A DNA stretch of 48,382 nt from an uncultured Gammaproteobacteria bacterium (GCA_964441445.1 CAYTYO010000002.1:1-48382); one strand, 5' to 3'. Counted from the stretch's first letter, positions 9,707 to 19,791 are shown. Notes: generated by a model not told the origin, from the sequence alone. Made by a program: numbers and translations.

Positions 9707-9868
9707 ATGGCTAAATCAACTCCCAAAAAGTCCTCGTTCCTGGAGCTGCTGTTCCTTCTTGTCTTCGTTCTCTGTCTGGCTGTAGGTGTCACAGTTATGT
9801 ACACTTCCTCCAGCTCAAGAACCAGCACTAAGGCTTACGCCGTTCCTCTTTTTCCTTCCACTCCGTAA
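9707..9868 (+). CDS. Possible 53-aa single-TM peptide
   Basis: ATG ORF below the track cut-off: MAKSTPKKSSFLELLFLLVFVLCLAVGVTVMY... It overlaps the dnaB 3' end convergently. ORF evidence only. Confidence 0.2.
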   Translation: MAKSTPKKSSFLELLFLLVFVLCLAVGVTVMYTSSSSRTSTKAYAVPLFPSTP

Positions 9869-11154
9869 AATTTGATCCTGTCCCCTCTAAATCTTAACTT
9901 GATTGATTTCAGCGGTCCGTTCCTGTGCTTCGCGATATCCAATGTCATGTTCTCCAGATCTTCATCGTTTTCCCGCCACATAAACATCACCACATCGGCA
10001 TCCTGCTCAATCGCTCCGGACTCCCGCAGATCTGCCAACTGTGGCCTCTTCACCCCCCGAGACTCTACCTGCCGGGATAACTGAGATAAAGCGAGCACCG
10101 GCACCTTCAACTCCCTGGCCAAATTCTTCAAGCCCTGTGAGATCTCAGATACCTCCTGCACCCGGTTATCCAAATTCCGTGTGGGTTTTGCCAGTTGTAA
10201 ATAGTCGACTACAATCAGTTTCAAACCATGTTCCGCCTGCAATCTCCTCGCCTTGGTCCGCATTTCCAAAATTGACATCCCCGGAGTGTCATCGATATAT
10301 AACGGAGTTTCATACAGCTGTCCCATAGCGTCCGATAGCTTGGAAAATTCGTCCTCATCCAGCCTTCCGGTCTTCATCTTCCACGCATCGATCTCAGCCT
10401 GCGATACCAATAACCTATCCATCAATTCTTCTTTGCTCATTTCCAATGAAAAAAATCCCACCGGTAACTTATGTTTAAAAGCCGCAAATAAACCGATATT
10501 TAATGCCAAAGCCGTTTTCCCCACTCCCGGCCGGGCCGCCAATATTAACAAATTAGAGTCCTGCATCCCCGCCAGTGTCTCGTCCAAGTCCGGAAATCCC
10601 GTCGGCACTCCTCGCAGTGATCCGGCACTTTTATGCAATTCATCCAATCGGTCAAACGATTCGGCTAAAATACTTTTTACCGGCGTAAACACCTGTTTCA
10701 AATGCTGTTGCGCCAACGCAAACACGGTTGATTCTGCGTTATCCAATATCTGCCTTACATCCCCGGAATCGTCAAACGACATCTCCGAAATCTTAGCTGC
10801 CGCACCGATCAGTTGCCTTTTAGTAAAGTTATCCTTAACTAACTTACCGTAGTGGTCAGCATGAGCCGCAGTCGGAACTTTATTTACCAGTTCCGTCAGA
10901 TATTCAGCTCCGCCGATATTCTTTAATGCTTTGATTTTCTTCAATTTTTCCGTCACAGATACTACGTCAATCGGTTCCCGATCCTGATACAAGTCGACAA
11001 TTACTTCAAAAATTCTCTGGTGCTTATCTTCATAGAAATGTTCCGGTCGTAAAAACTCAACCACAGCTATCACCGCGTCTCTATCCATCAGCAATGCCCC
11101 CAAAACTGACTGTTCAGCGACGGCTGAATGAGGGGGTACTTTTAAATCCGCCAT
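9835..11154 (-). CDS. dnaB: Replicative DNA helicase DnaB
   Basis: PPHSAVAEQSVLGALL N-terminal motif, Walker A LAARPGVGKTALALN, VVDYLQL, ALSQLSRQVE. The start is set at MADLKVPPHS (11154). Confidence 0.95.
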   Translation of the reverse strand: MADLKVPPHSAVAEQSVLGALLMDRDAVIAVVEFLRPEHFYEDKHQRIFEVIVDLYQDREPIDVVSVTEKLKKIKALKNIGGAEYLTELVNKVPTAAHADHYGKLVKDNFTKRQLIGAAAKISEMSFDDSGDVRQILDNAESTVFALAQQHLKQVFTPVKSILAESFDRLDELHKSAGSLRGVPTGFPDLDETLAGMQDSNLLILAARPGVGKTALALNIGLFAAFKHKLPVGFFSLEMSKEELMDRLLVSQAEIDAWKMKTGRLDEDEFSKLSDAMGQLYETPLYIDDTPGMSILEMRTKARRLQAEHGLKLIVVDYLQLAKPTRNLDNRVQEVSEISQGLKNLARELKVPVLALSQLSRQVESRGVKRPQLADLRESGAIEQDADVVMFMWRENDEDLENMTLDIAKHRNGPLKSIKLRFRGDRIKFYGVEGKRGTA

Positions 11155-11268
11155 ACGCCCCAAATATACACCATAACCCACCAATCCACATAGCCCATTT
11201 AAAAAAAAATTAAAAACCATTCCAACTCAAATCATGTTCTGGTTACTTAAAACTGACCTACTTCGATG

Positions 11269-11907
11269 TTACTTTTTCTCCAACACCACTACTTCCATTT
11301 CCGTCGGCAGCTTATCAGCACTTATCACCAATTTCGGTATCGGTACTATGTCCGCCTTTCCCATTTCCTTCATAAATTCCTCCAACCCCGCTATTTCCTT
11401 TAATCCGAAATCTGCCGTTTTATAGTGCATCGGAATGGCAATCCACGGATCAACTTGCGACACAACCTCCTTTGCGGCCTTGGCGTCAATAGTATATGTA
11501 CCCCCGACCGGCACCAATACCACATCTACAGCCCCTATCTCTTCCAGATTTTCCTCGCTCAGCTTATGCCCCAAATCCCCTAAATGCACTATCCTCAACC
11601 CATCAATTTCAATTACAAACACCGTATTCGACCCTCTTTCCTCTCCTGACACTCCATCGTGAAATACTGGTACCCCCACTACCGAAACCCCTCCCACCTC
11701 ATACTCTCCCGGACCGTCAATAATGAAAGATTTAGTCTTCAGTTTATCTACGGCATTATGATCGTCGTGTGAGTGGGAAACAGTTACAATATCCGCTTCG
11801 ATATCCCGGGGAAATTTACCAACGCTATCTCCATACGGATCCGTGACGACGGTTTTCTGTTTACCCTTAATTTTAAAAGCTGAATGGCCCAAATAGACTA
11901 TTTCCAC
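11269..11907 (-). CDS. MBL-fold metal-dependent hydrolase (UPF0173-like)
   Basis: MEIVYLGHSAFKIKGK ... VTVSHSHDDHN (HxHxDH) ... HLGDLGH. Confidence 0.85.
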   Translation of the reverse strand: MEIVYLGHSAFKIKGKQKTVVTDPYGDSVGKFPRDIEADIVTVSHSHDDHNAVDKLKTKSFIIDGPGEYEVGGVSVVGVPVFHDGVSGEERGSNTVFVIEIDGLRIVHLGDLGHKLSEENLEEIGAVDVVLVPVGGTYTIDAKAAKEVVSQVDPWIAIPMHYKTADFGLKEIAGLEEFMKEMGKADIVPIPKLVISADKLPTEMEVVVLEKK

Positions 11908-11965
11908 AAACTCAAAGATACACTAGAAATATTGTCTTGACAAGTTCCCCTATGTCGATTAATCT

Positions 11966-12445
11966 GTGAAGCACGTTAAGACATATATGAAAAAGGAAGT
12001 ATTTTTAGCCGTTCTTGTTGGTTTTGGCCTTGGCCTACTCATCACTTTTGGGATTTGGACTGCCAATAAAAATTTGAAAAACGTCACTACAACTACAGAC
12101 AATCCCGTAACTACCCCCGTTATCACTCCGGTCCCCACAGCAGATCCGCAGGCCAAGCCCTCTGATAATTCAGCTGTTTCCTTAGAAATTACCTCTCCCT
12201 CGCAAGATGAATTGCTCGTAAATTCCTCCAGTTTTACCCTCACTGGGAAGACCAACCCGGGAAATTCAATCGCAGTAACTTTTGAAAACGGCCAGAAAAT
12301 CCTTACCGCTGATGAAACGGGTCTCTTCTCCCTTGATTTGAAACTTGAAGGCGGTTACAACCGAATTTCTCTGGTTGCCTATGACGCCGCAGGTAAATCT
12401 GCCGCTAAAGAAATGCTGATCACTTATTCTACTCAAAAAATATAA
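11966..12445 (+). CDS. Hypothetical membrane-anchored protein with Ig-like beta domain
   Basis: N-terminal TM, Thr/Pro linker and a beta-rich C-terminal region. It sits 3 nt upstream of the next secreted-protein gene. Confidence 0.6.
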   Translation: MKHVKTYMKKEVFLAVLVGFGLGLLITFGIWTANKNLKNVTTTTDNPVTTPVITPVPTADPQAKPSDNSAVSLEITSPSQDELLVNSSSFTLTGKTNPGNSIAVTFENGQKILTADETGLFSLDLKLEGGYNRISLVAYDAAGKSAAKEMLITYSTQKI

Positions 12446-12447
12446 TT

Positions 12448-13092
12448 ATGACCAATAAACCATTACAAATTTTAACCACATTTTTAGTCTCTTCCCTCAT
12501 TTTGACTAATTTGGTATCTGCCCAGACCTCGACCGAAAGCGCTCAGGGTTTACGCGACTCAGTCAAGCAAAAGGTCGAGGAAGAACTGTCTCAGATTAAA
12601 AAGGCCGTCTCTAAAAAAGCCTTTTTAGGAACCATTACTGCCAAAAGTGAAGCTACTGTAACCCTTAACAACTACCGCAATGAACCCCGTCAGGCCTTAG
12701 TCACCACTGACAGCACCATCAAACTCAAAAATAGCCGTGACGGTACACTTAAAGACTTAAACGTCGGCGACTTCATTCTAGTTATGGGCGATGTCGACAG
12801 CCAAAACACTATGACGGCCAAGAGACTCTTAGTAATCGCTCCCCCGTCAGAAGATATGCGCAAATTTACTTTCGGTAAAGTTACTGCCATCGGCAGCACC
12901 ATAACTTTTGAAACCCCTTCCAAAGAAACCTTAGTTGCCAAACTCTCCTCTTCAACTATTGTTACCCGTTTAGAAGCTGGCAAACCGTTAAAAGCCAAAA
13001 CAACTGACCTGAAAACTGGCGACACAGTGGTCGTGATTTCCAAACCCGGAACTACGTTTGCCGTCACCGATATACAAATTATCACTCCGTAG
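12448..13092 (+). CDS. Secreted protein with two DUF5666-like repeats
   Basis: Signal peptide (LVSSLILTNLVSAQ). Two similar segments: LKDLNVGDFILVMGDVD...AKRLLVI and DLKTGDTVVVISKPG...VTDIQI. Confidence 0.65.
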   Translation: MTNKPLQILTTFLVSSLILTNLVSAQTSTESAQGLRDSVKQKVEEELSQIKKAVSKKAFLGTITAKSEATVTLNNYRNEPRQALVTTDSTIKLKNSRDGTLKDLNVGDFILVMGDVDSQNTMTAKRLLVIAPPSEDMRKFTFGKVTAIGSTITFETPSKETLVAKLSSSTIVTRLEAGKPLKAKTTDLKTGDTVVVISKPGTTFAVTDIQIITP

Positions 13093-13110
13093 GGGTAAAA
13101 TTAACTCCAC

Positions 13111-14319
13111 ATGACCCAAAACACTCAACCTCTAAAGGGCTTTCGTGATTTTTTGCCCTCTGACGCCTCAGCCCGTATGTGGCTTCGTTCCCAGATGATA
13201 AAGGTCTTTTCAAAATGGGGCTATGAACCTCTGGAGACCCCCACACTTGAACCTGCCGCTTTATTTACCGGTCAGGTAGGAGAAGACGAAAAACTTTTTT
13301 ATAAATTTATCGATTTTGGGGGCCGTGAGGTCATCCTCCGCTATGACCAAACAGTTCCGACTTGCCGTATTCTTGGCCAATATTTCGGCCAGTTGACCTT
13401 CCCATTTCGCCGCTATCAAATCCAATCCGCGTTCCGCGGTGAAAATCCTCAGGCCGGCCGGTTTCGTGAGTTTACCCAGGCTGACTTGGACATATTCGGT
13501 GTCGCCTCCCCGACCGCCGATGCCGAAATTATTGCCGCCACTTTGGATTTGTATCGTTCGTTAGGCTTTAAAGAAGTTGTGGCTTTGATCAATAGCCGTT
13601 CCCTCATGACCAATATTCCTTACGCTGCCATTGTCGCCATAGATAAGCTCCCGAAGATTGGTGAAGCGGCAGTCATTAAAGATATGGAAGCCAAAGGTAT
13701 TCTCGCCGCTCAGGCAGAAATTTATCTGAATTTCGTCAAAAATCTCCAACCCAACACCGAAATAAACACTATATTCTCCTACCTTAAATCAGCCGGTTTC
13801 CCGCAGGAATCATATCGCTTCGAACCCACACTCGCCCGATCATTCGCATATTCCGAGGGCCCGATTTGGGAAATTAAAATCCCGGGTTATGCCCCAGGGT
13901 CCGTAGCCGGAGGTGAACGTTACGATGCCATGGTGGAAAAAATTTCCGGCCAGAAAATCCCCGGCACCGGGATCGGAATTGGTTTTGACCGCACCTTAGA
14001 TGCCTGCCGCCAGTTCGGATTAGTTCCCGGCTATGTATCGCCTACTAAAGTTCTGGTCACTGTATTTTCACCCGACCTTTTCTCTCTTTCGCTGGAAATT
14101 GCCAACTCGCTCCGCCTTGAGGACGTGGCCACTGAAGTCTACCCGGAACCGGAAACAAAACTCGACAAGCAACTTAAATATGCCTCTAAAAAAGCTATTC
14201 CTTTTGTAGTCATTATCGGCCCGGAAGAAGCCGCAGCCAAAACAGCCGTCTTAAAAGACTTAAATCTCAAAACTCAGATCACTATTCCCCAATCCGAAAT
14301 CGCCAAACAATTGTCTTAA
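13111..14319 (+). CDS. hisS: Histidine--tRNA ligase
   Basis: GFRDFLP start. Class II motif 2 FRGENPQAGRFREFTQADLDIFG. GGERYD region. C-terminal anticodon-binding domain (VLVTVFSPD ... IPFVVIIGPEE). Confidence 0.9.
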   Translation: MTQNTQPLKGFRDFLPSDASARMWLRSQMIKVFSKWGYEPLETPTLEPAALFTGQVGEDEKLFYKFIDFGGREVILRYDQTVPTCRILGQYFGQLTFPFRRYQIQSAFRGENPQAGRFREFTQADLDIFGVASPTADAEIIAATLDLYRSLGFKEVVALINSRSLMTNIPYAAIVAIDKLPKIGEAAVIKDMEAKGILAAQAEIYLNFVKNLQPNTEINTIFSYLKSAGFPQESYRFEPTLARSFAYSEGPIWEIKIPGYAPGSVAGGERYDAMVEKISGQKIPGTGIGIGFDRTLDACRQFGLVPGYVSPTKVLVTVFSPDLFSLSLEIANSLRLEDVATEVYPEPETKLDKQLKYASKKAIPFVVIIGPEEAAAKTAVLKDLNLKTQITIPQSEIAKQLS

Positions 14320-14333
14320 AAAAAAGATTCATC

Positions 14334-15269
14334 ATGTCTGCCCGCACCCGCGCCTTTATCATGCTCACGGCTGTCGCCGCAATTTGGGGATTTGCCTCTC
14401 CGATTATCAAATTTGCTCTCCCCCATTTTCCTCCGCTGATTTTTCTCACCTATCGCTTTCTGATTTCCGCCGTCATTATGCTTCCGCTACTTCTTTATTT
14501 GGAACCGGACACCTTTGTGCGTTTGGGCCGTCTGCCTCTTACAGGTTGGTTCTGGTTAGTCGTCAGCGGCATTCTCGGATCCACTGTCCAACTAACTTTG
14601 CTTTTCCTCGGACTTAATCTCACCACCGTCATTGATAGCACAGTCATTAACGCCATTTCTCCTCTATTTGTAGCCGCCGCCGGTTACCTTTTCCTCAAAG
14701 AGCATCTGCAAAAAAATGAAATTATCGGCCTTGTTTTGGCCTCGTTCGGAACTGTAGTCATTATTTTGCAGCCAATCTTTGAAGGTCAATCCTTTTTTTC
14801 CGGCAGTCTCCTCGGTAACTTATTAGTCCTTTTGGGTACCTTTGCCTGGGTGGGCTACGTTATCCTGACCAAAAAACAATTAAACCATCGCATTTCCCCT
14901 CTCTTCCTTACCACAAATATGTTCATTGTCGGTTTTTTCACTGAGTCTTTACTGCTATTTTATTTCTCCACCCCGCAGGAACTAATTTTTCAGTTCACCA
15001 CAGCTCCCTGGTCCGCCCACTTGAGCGTAATCTATATGGCAATTTTCTCCGGTACACTTGCCTACTATTTGTACCAAAAAGCTCAAAAACTTATTGAGGT
15101 CTCCGAAGCTAATCTGATTCTTCATCTCTCCCCGCTCTTTGCTATTCCGTTATCCTACTTCTGGCTCAAAGAGGTTATCACTCTTCCCTTCATTGTCGGT
15201 GGCGTCATAATTGCCTTGGGCGTGACTATTTCCGAGTTCGGCCGCAAGCGTCTCAAACACGTCGTCTAA
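14334..15269 (+). CDS. DMT-superfamily transporter (EamA family)
   Basis: 311 aa with 10 predicted TM helices arranged as two EamA-like halves. Confidence 0.85.
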   Translation: MSARTRAFIMLTAVAAIWGFASPIIKFALPHFPPLIFLTYRFLISAVIMLPLLLYLEPDTFVRLGRLPLTGWFWLVVSGILGSTVQLTLLFLGLNLTTVIDSTVINAISPLFVAAAGYLFLKEHLQKNEIIGLVLASFGTVVIILQPIFEGQSFFSGSLLGNLLVLLGTFAWVGYVILTKKQLNHRISPLFLTTNMFIVGFFTESLLLFYFSTPQELIFQFTTAPWSAHLSVIYMAIFSGTLAYYLYQKAQKLIEVSEANLILHLSPLFAIPLSYFWLKEVITLPFIVGGVIIALGVTISEFGRKRLKHVV

Positions 15270-16127
15270 GTTCCCCTCGATTATTTTGTCCAGTTTGTGC
15301 CAGCTCTTTCCAATTCTGTGATCCGTAACTCGGTTTTGCGGGTAGTTATAAGTGCGTATCTTTTCAGCCCGCATACTTCTTCCGATTGCTGACCTCTGGT
15401 CAGCCAATTTGGACAGTTTTTTCTCCTGCTCCAATTCCCACAATTGCGACCTTAAGAGTGCCAACGCAATCTTGCGATTTTGTTCCTGAGACCTTTCCTG
15501 CCGGGATTGCACCACCATTCCGGTTGGCTTATGGGTCAGTCTTACTGCCGTTGCCACTTTGTTTACATTTTGTCCCCCATGCCCGCCCCCACGGGTAAAC
15601 TCCCACACCAAATCATCCTCCCGGACCTCGACTTTATTTTCGGGTACTTCCGGCAACACTACTACTGACGCTGTTGATGTATGGATCCGTCCTGCCGCCT
15701 CAGTCTCCGGCACTCGCTGTACCCGATGCACACCGGTTTCCCATTTCAGTAGATCGTATGCCCCCTTACCGCTGATTTTTATTACCCCTTCATCCAGTTG
15801 CTCCACTTTCCAATTTCTAATGGTCGCAAAGCGCGTATACATCCGTGCCAAATCATCGGCCCAAATCTTCGCCTCGTCACCACCCACCCCCTGGCGTGTC
15901 TCCAGCATTAAACTTCGGAAACTCTCTGTCGGACCGTCAATCTCATCACTTGGTCCTCCACCTTCAATAGCCGCTTTAATATTGGCAATCTGACCCGCCA
16001 GTTTAGTTGTCTCTTCCTCTGCCATTTCCCGCATCCCGGCATCTTTCCCCAGATCCTCCACTTCGGCCAACTTAATCTCCAGCCTAGAAAGCTCCTCTTC
16101 CAAATATTTGACTGCCGTATCTGCCAT
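15150..16127 (-). CDS. prfA: Peptide chain release factor 1
   Basis: GGQ motif (RGGGHGGQNVNKVATAVRLTH). RF1-type PxT tripeptide (RVQRVPETEAAGRIHTSTASV). The 3' end overlaps the EamA gene by 120 nt. Confidence 0.92.
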   Translation of the reverse strand: MADTAVKYLEEELSRLEIKLAEVEDLGKDAGMREMAEEETTKLAGQIANIKAAIEGGGPSDEIDGPTESFRSLMLETRQGVGGDEAKIWADDLARMYTRFATIRNWKVEQLDEGVIKISGKGAYDLLKWETGVHRVQRVPETEAAGRIHTSTASVVVLPEVPENKVEVREDDLVWEFTRGGGHGGQNVNKVATAVRLTHKPTGMVVQSRQERSQEQNRKIALALLRSQLWELEQEKKLSKLADQRSAIGRSMRAEKIRTYNYPQNRVTDHRIGKSWHKLDKIIEGNLDDVFETLAAELGNSHAQGNYDATDNEGKSDNLFEPEVG

Positions 16128-16457
16128 CTAATCTACTTTGGATCGCACCCGATCAAACATCTCTTTCAGATTCTTCGGTTTGGCTGCCTCAGCTTCATCT
16201 TCCAGCTTTTTCTTCATAGCCTTACGCACCTTCTTTGACATCGACACCTGGCCGGAGGGAGTTGACGCCATTTTCTGGGTAAACCTCTCCACCCTACCCA
16301 TTGTGTCCACAAATCTCATTTCACCCGTAAAAAATGGGTGACACTTGGAACAAATTTCCACCACTATCTCAGGTTTTGTTGACCCCACCACAAAAGTATT
16401 CCCACAGGAACAAGTCACGGTCGCATCAAAATAATTAGGGTGGATAGCTGTCTTCAC
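16128..16457 (-). CDS. rpmE: 50S ribosomal protein L31 (Cys-containing type) with Lys-rich C-terminal extension
   Basis: (V)[62 protein letters not shown] start at 16457 leaves 19 nt after the htrA stop. The track ORF extends further upstream from a TTG. Confidence 0.9.
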   Translation of the reverse strand: MKTAIHPNYFDATVTCSCGNTFVVGSTKPEIVVEICSKCHPFFTGEMRFVDTMGRVERFTQKMASTPSGQVSMSKKVRKAMKKKLEDEAEAAKPKNLKEMFDRVRSKVD

Positions 16458-16476
16458 GAAGCTTATTTTACCAAAT

Positions 16477-17670
16477 CTACTCCGCTTCTTCCAGAGTGAT
16501 TTGTATCTCCATAGTTTTGCCCTCCCTGTAAACCTCCGCCCGAACAGTTTCCCCCACTTTATGTGCCCCAATTTCGCGAGCTAGCATTCCTTCGTCATCC
16601 CCCGATATCTTCTTTCCGCCCAATTTAGTAATGATATCTCCCTGTTTCATCCCGGCCTTGTCCGCCGGCGAGCCGGCAATCACTTCCTGCACATACGCCC
16701 CGGGAACAATCTCCTCATACTGCAACGCCGTGTCCGGACTTATTAACCTGTAACGTACCCCCAACCATGGACGCGAAAACTGACCAGTTTTATTAAAATT
16801 ATCTATTGCCTCCTTAATTACATTTATCGGTATGGCAAACCCGATGTTCTGACCCTGAGTTGATACTGCTGTATTCACCCCAATCACCTGTCCGCTTGAG
16901 TTTATCAGCGGTCCGCCCGAATTCCCGGGATTTATCGCCGCGTCAGTTTGGATAACTCCGTCCAGTTGCTCCACCGCTCCCTGCAATGGGTTACCGGCAG
17001 CAATTCCTCTCCCCAGTCCTGAAACCACTCCTGTCGTCACTGTGTGCCGAAACTCACCCAAAGCTGTACCAATCGCCACTACAAATTGTCCTACTTTCAA
17101 TTTACTGGAATCACCGAGCTGCACCGGTTTTAAATCCGGATCATTGCTTGGTAAATCAATTTTTAAAATAGCCAGATCATTAACCGGATCCCGGTATATC
17201 TTTTGCACTTCGTATGTTTTGTCTTCATTAGTAATTACCTTGTATTTGGCCTGCGTATCATCAACCACATGCTTATTAGTTACTACCAGCCCATCATCAG
17301 TGATTACGAACCCGCTGCCGATATCTTCCTCGACTGTTTCCTCCTCCACTTTTCCGCCAACTTGTTGCCCAAAAAAATCAGACGGGCTAAAGCTACCCGG
17401 GCTTAACACTTTTTGCGTCGTTGAGATGTTAATGGTTACCACAGATGGACTTACCTTTTCTGCCACCTCAACCACCACCGACTCTTCGCTTACTACCTTA
17501 AGGTTATTTTCCCCCGAACTGCCTCCGTCACCTGTTCTGGGCCACCATTTATCCAAAATTTTGTACCCGAACAGTCTCTCTGAAATCGCTCCCCCGGTCA
17601 CCGCTCCTAAGACAACCAAAACCACTGCTCCGCCTGTTAGAACTTTTCTGATTGTGCCTTTACTCACCAT
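16477..17670 (-). CDS. htrA: HtrA/DegP-family serine protease with PDZ domain
   Basis: TM anchor, NKHVVDD, catalytic [22 protein letters not shown]-terminal PDZ ([20 protein letters not shown]). Confidence 0.92.
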   Translation of the reverse strand: MVSKGTIRKVLTGGAVVLVVLGAVTGGAISERLFGYKILDKWWPRTGDGGSSGENNLKVVSEESVVVEVAEKVSPSVVTINISTTQKVLSPGSFSPSDFFGQQVGGKVEEETVEEDIGSGFVITDDGLVVTNKHVVDDTQAKYKVITNEDKTYEVQKIYRDPVNDLAILKIDLPSNDPDLKPVQLGDSSKLKVGQFVVAIGTALGEFRHTVTTGVVSGLGRGIAAGNPLQGAVEQLDGVIQTDAAINPGNSGGPLINSSGQVIGVNTAVSTQGQNIGFAIPINVIKEAIDNFNKTGQFSRPWLGVRYRLISPDTALQYEEIVPGAYVQEVIAGSPADKAGMKQGDIITKLGGKKISGDDEGMLAREIGAHKVGETVRAEVYREGKTMEIQITLEEAE

Positions 17671-17718
17671 AACGAAAATAAATTAAATACCAAGACGTAT
17701 AAAAAATCAAATGTCTGA

Positions 17719-19008
17719 CTACTTTACCAATTCGACCGCCTTCATCAGCTGCGGGTCGTCCGTAATCTTAGCACTGTCGGTTGCGGTTCCCGCCTCAACA
17801 ATTATGTCCGGAGTAATGCCTTTCTTATCAATCCAGTCGCCTGATGGCCTTAGCCATTTAGCAATTGTGACATGAATTCCTGATCCGTCGGCAAAATCTT
17901 CCGGTTTCTGTACGCTCCCTTTCCCGAATGACTTTACCCCGACTATTTTTGCCCTGGCATGATCCTGCAATGCCCCGGCTAAAATTTCCGAAGCTGAAGC
18001 GCTCCCCTCGTTAACCAGCACAACCAACGGGGTGGTCATCAACCTTCCGTTCCTGTTTCCTACCTTATTTTCTTCCCGGGTCCCGTCCCCGTACTGTTGT
18101 GATACCACCACATTTTCCGGCTTCAAAAACTCTCCGGCCACATATACTGCCATATCAAGATATCCTCCGGGGTTATTTCTCAAATCCAAAATCAACCCCT
18201 TACAATCCTTACCTGTACTTGCACATTTTGCCGCAATTTCAGCTGCAATTGCTGACCATTCTTCCTTTGTCTTATCCCCAAATCGGCTTAACTTTACCCA
18301 GGCTGCACTATTTCCTTCGGGTCTGGATGGATCCGTCGGGATATACTCGACGGTCACACTCTTAACTACTATCGTATCCCGAACCAGCTCTACATCGAAC
18401 GTCTTATCCATTCCCTGTCGGTACATAGTCAGCAACACTTTTGTTCCGCGTACGCCCCTAATAAGTTTAACTGCTTCGGTTAAAGATATCCCGTCAGTTT
18501 GCCGATCAACATTATTCTTTTCATCTTTAATCCGTAAAATCAAATCACCCGACTTAACTCCCGCCCGAAAAGCCGGTGTTCCGTCCAAAGGTGACACCAC
18601 AGCCAGTTGTTTATCTACATACCCGAGCTGTATCCCCACTCCTTCAAACTCACCACCCAAATCCTCTTTGGCTTCTTTATTTTCCTGCGGGGGTAAATAC
18701 ATGGTGTACGGATCACCTATGGCAGCCACCATTCCGGAAATAGCTCCGTTGACCATCTTCTCCGTATCCAAATCTGATTTATCTACATACAACTGAGCCA
18801 CTGTATCCCAAACTTTCCAAAACATTGAAAAATCAGCGTCTTTTGCAGCGGCAGACATTGCAGGTTCTTTGTTAAAAACTACAGCCGGTTTCCAATTCGC
18901 AAAAGAAAACTTCAGTCTCTCCTGTCCGACAGCCATACCTGCCCAGGCCGAAAAAATCATCAATATACCAACTAGAAAAAAATTTCGAAACTTCATAAAA
19001 AAACTCAA
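17719..19008 (-). CDS. ctpA: S41-family C-terminal processing peptidase
   Basis: PDZ (GTPAFRAGVKSGDLILRI), LDLRNNPGGYL, catalytic GSASASEILAGALQD ... SFGKGSVQ. Confidence 0.9.
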   Translation of the reverse strand: MSFFMKFRNFFLVGILMIFSAWAGMAVGQERLKFSFANWKPAVVFNKEPAMSAAAKDADFSMFWKVWDTVAQLYVDKSDLDTEKMVNGAISGMVAAIGDPYTMYLPPQENKEAKEDLGGEFEGVGIQLGYVDKQLAVVSPLDGTPAFRAGVKSGDLILRIKDEKNNVDRQTDGISLTEAVKLIRGVRGTKVLLTMYRQGMDKTFDVELVRDTIVVKSVTVEYIPTDPSRPEGNSAAWVKLSRFGDKTKEEWSAIAAEIAAKCASTGKDCKGLILDLRNNPGGYLDMAVYVAGEFLKPENVVVSQQYGDGTREENKVGNRNGRLMTTPLVVLVNEGSASASEILAGALQDHARAKIVGVKSFGKGSVQKPEDFADGSGIHVTIAKWLRPSGDWIDKKGITPDIIVEAGTATDSAKITDDPQLMKAVELVK

Positions 19009-19013
19009 TCTGC

Positions 19014-19247
19014 TTACAACCCAGCCACAAATGGCAATAGCGCCAAATGTCTCGCCCTCTTAATCTCGACTGTCAATCCGCGTTGATGTTTAGCACACGT
19101 ACCGCTTCTGTCCCTACCGACAATTCTCCCCCGCTCACTTAAGAAACGGGACAAATTTGCCACTTCTTTAAAATCGGGCTCTATTTTCTCCTTGCAGAAG
19201 AAACAATTTTTAGGTACTTTAATTCGTCTTTTCTTTTGCATCATCAT
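19014..19247 (-). CDS. rpsR: 30S ribosomal protein S18
   Basis: CFFCKEKIEPDFKEVANLSRFLSERGRIVGRDRSGTCAKHQRGLTVEIKRARHLALLPF. Confidence 0.93.
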   Translation of the reverse strand: MMMQKKRRIKVPKNCFFCKEKIEPDFKEVANLSRFLSERGRIVGRDRSGTCAKHQRGLTVEIKRARHLALLPFVAGL

Positions 19248-19251
19248 ATGA

Positions 19252-19791
19252 TTAAAACGGAATATCTTCCGCTACTTCAGCCGGCTGATTCTTTTTCGCC
19301 GTCTTCGATTTAACCGGTTTTTCTTCCGCTACCTGCTCTGTCGCAACTTGTGGCTCTTCTGCAACTGCAGTTGATTCTGCACTAGGAACTGAATGCACCT
19401 CATCTTCACCCGCCGGATATGCCGCTTCCATCTCTCCGCCCTCATCTCCCTGTCGTTTGGAATCAAGCACCAGCATATCTTCGATTACTATTTCTGTGGC
19501 TTGCCTAGCGGCTCCGTCCTGACCTGTCCATTGCCTGGTCTGCAACCGGCCTTCCACAAACACTCTGCGGCCTTTAAACAGCAACTGCGAACATAATTCC
19601 GCCAGCTTATTCCACGCAACTATGCGGTGAAATTCGGTTTCTTCTTTTTTATCTCCGCTGTCCGTTATCCACGTCCTATTTGTCGCCAAACCCATTGTAC
19701 AAACTGCCGTCCCCTGCGGGGTATACCGCAACTCGGGATCCCGGGTTAAATTCCCAATCAACATTACTTTATTCAGTGATCTTGTCGCCAT
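19252..19791 (-). CDS. ssb: Single-stranded DNA-binding protein
   Basis: OB-fold LNKVMLIGNLTRDPELRYTPQGTAVCTMGLATNR ... TEFHRIVAWNKLAE. Acidic tail ends in EDIPF. Confidence 0.95.
   Translation of the reverse strand: MATRSLNKVMLIGNLTRDPELRYTPQGTAVCTMGLATNRTWITDSGDKKEETEFHRIVAWNKLAELCSQLLFKGRRVFVEGRLQTRQWTGQDGAARQATEIVIEDMLVLDSKRQGDEGGEMEAAYPAGEDEVHSVPSAESTAVAEEPQVATEQVAEEKPVKSKTAKKNQPAEVAEDIPF

Noticed and set aside
15150-16127. Possibility that the release factor is RF2 with a programmed +1 frameshift.
   Set aside because: The ORF is uninterrupted and carries the RF1-type PxT (PET) tripeptide rather than SPF.
16458-16571. N-terminal extensions in the ORF track for rpmE, rpsF (20081-20191), yebC (3274-3327), dnaB (11155-11220) and the GT39 gene (28715-28933).
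   Set aside because: The extensions begin at TTG or other upstream starts and overlap the neighbouring gene. They precede the canonical conserved N-termini, so internal starts were used.
17042-18796. Long plus-strand ORFs (214 aa at 17042-17686, 254 aa at 18032-18796). Similar cases lie at 316-792, 10253-10852 and 44095-44760.
   Set aside because: They lie antisense to strongly recognisable genes (htrA, ctp, the recombinase, dnaB, dnaX). They are Ser/Pro/Thr-rich low-complexity translations without motifs. These are typical shadow ORFs.
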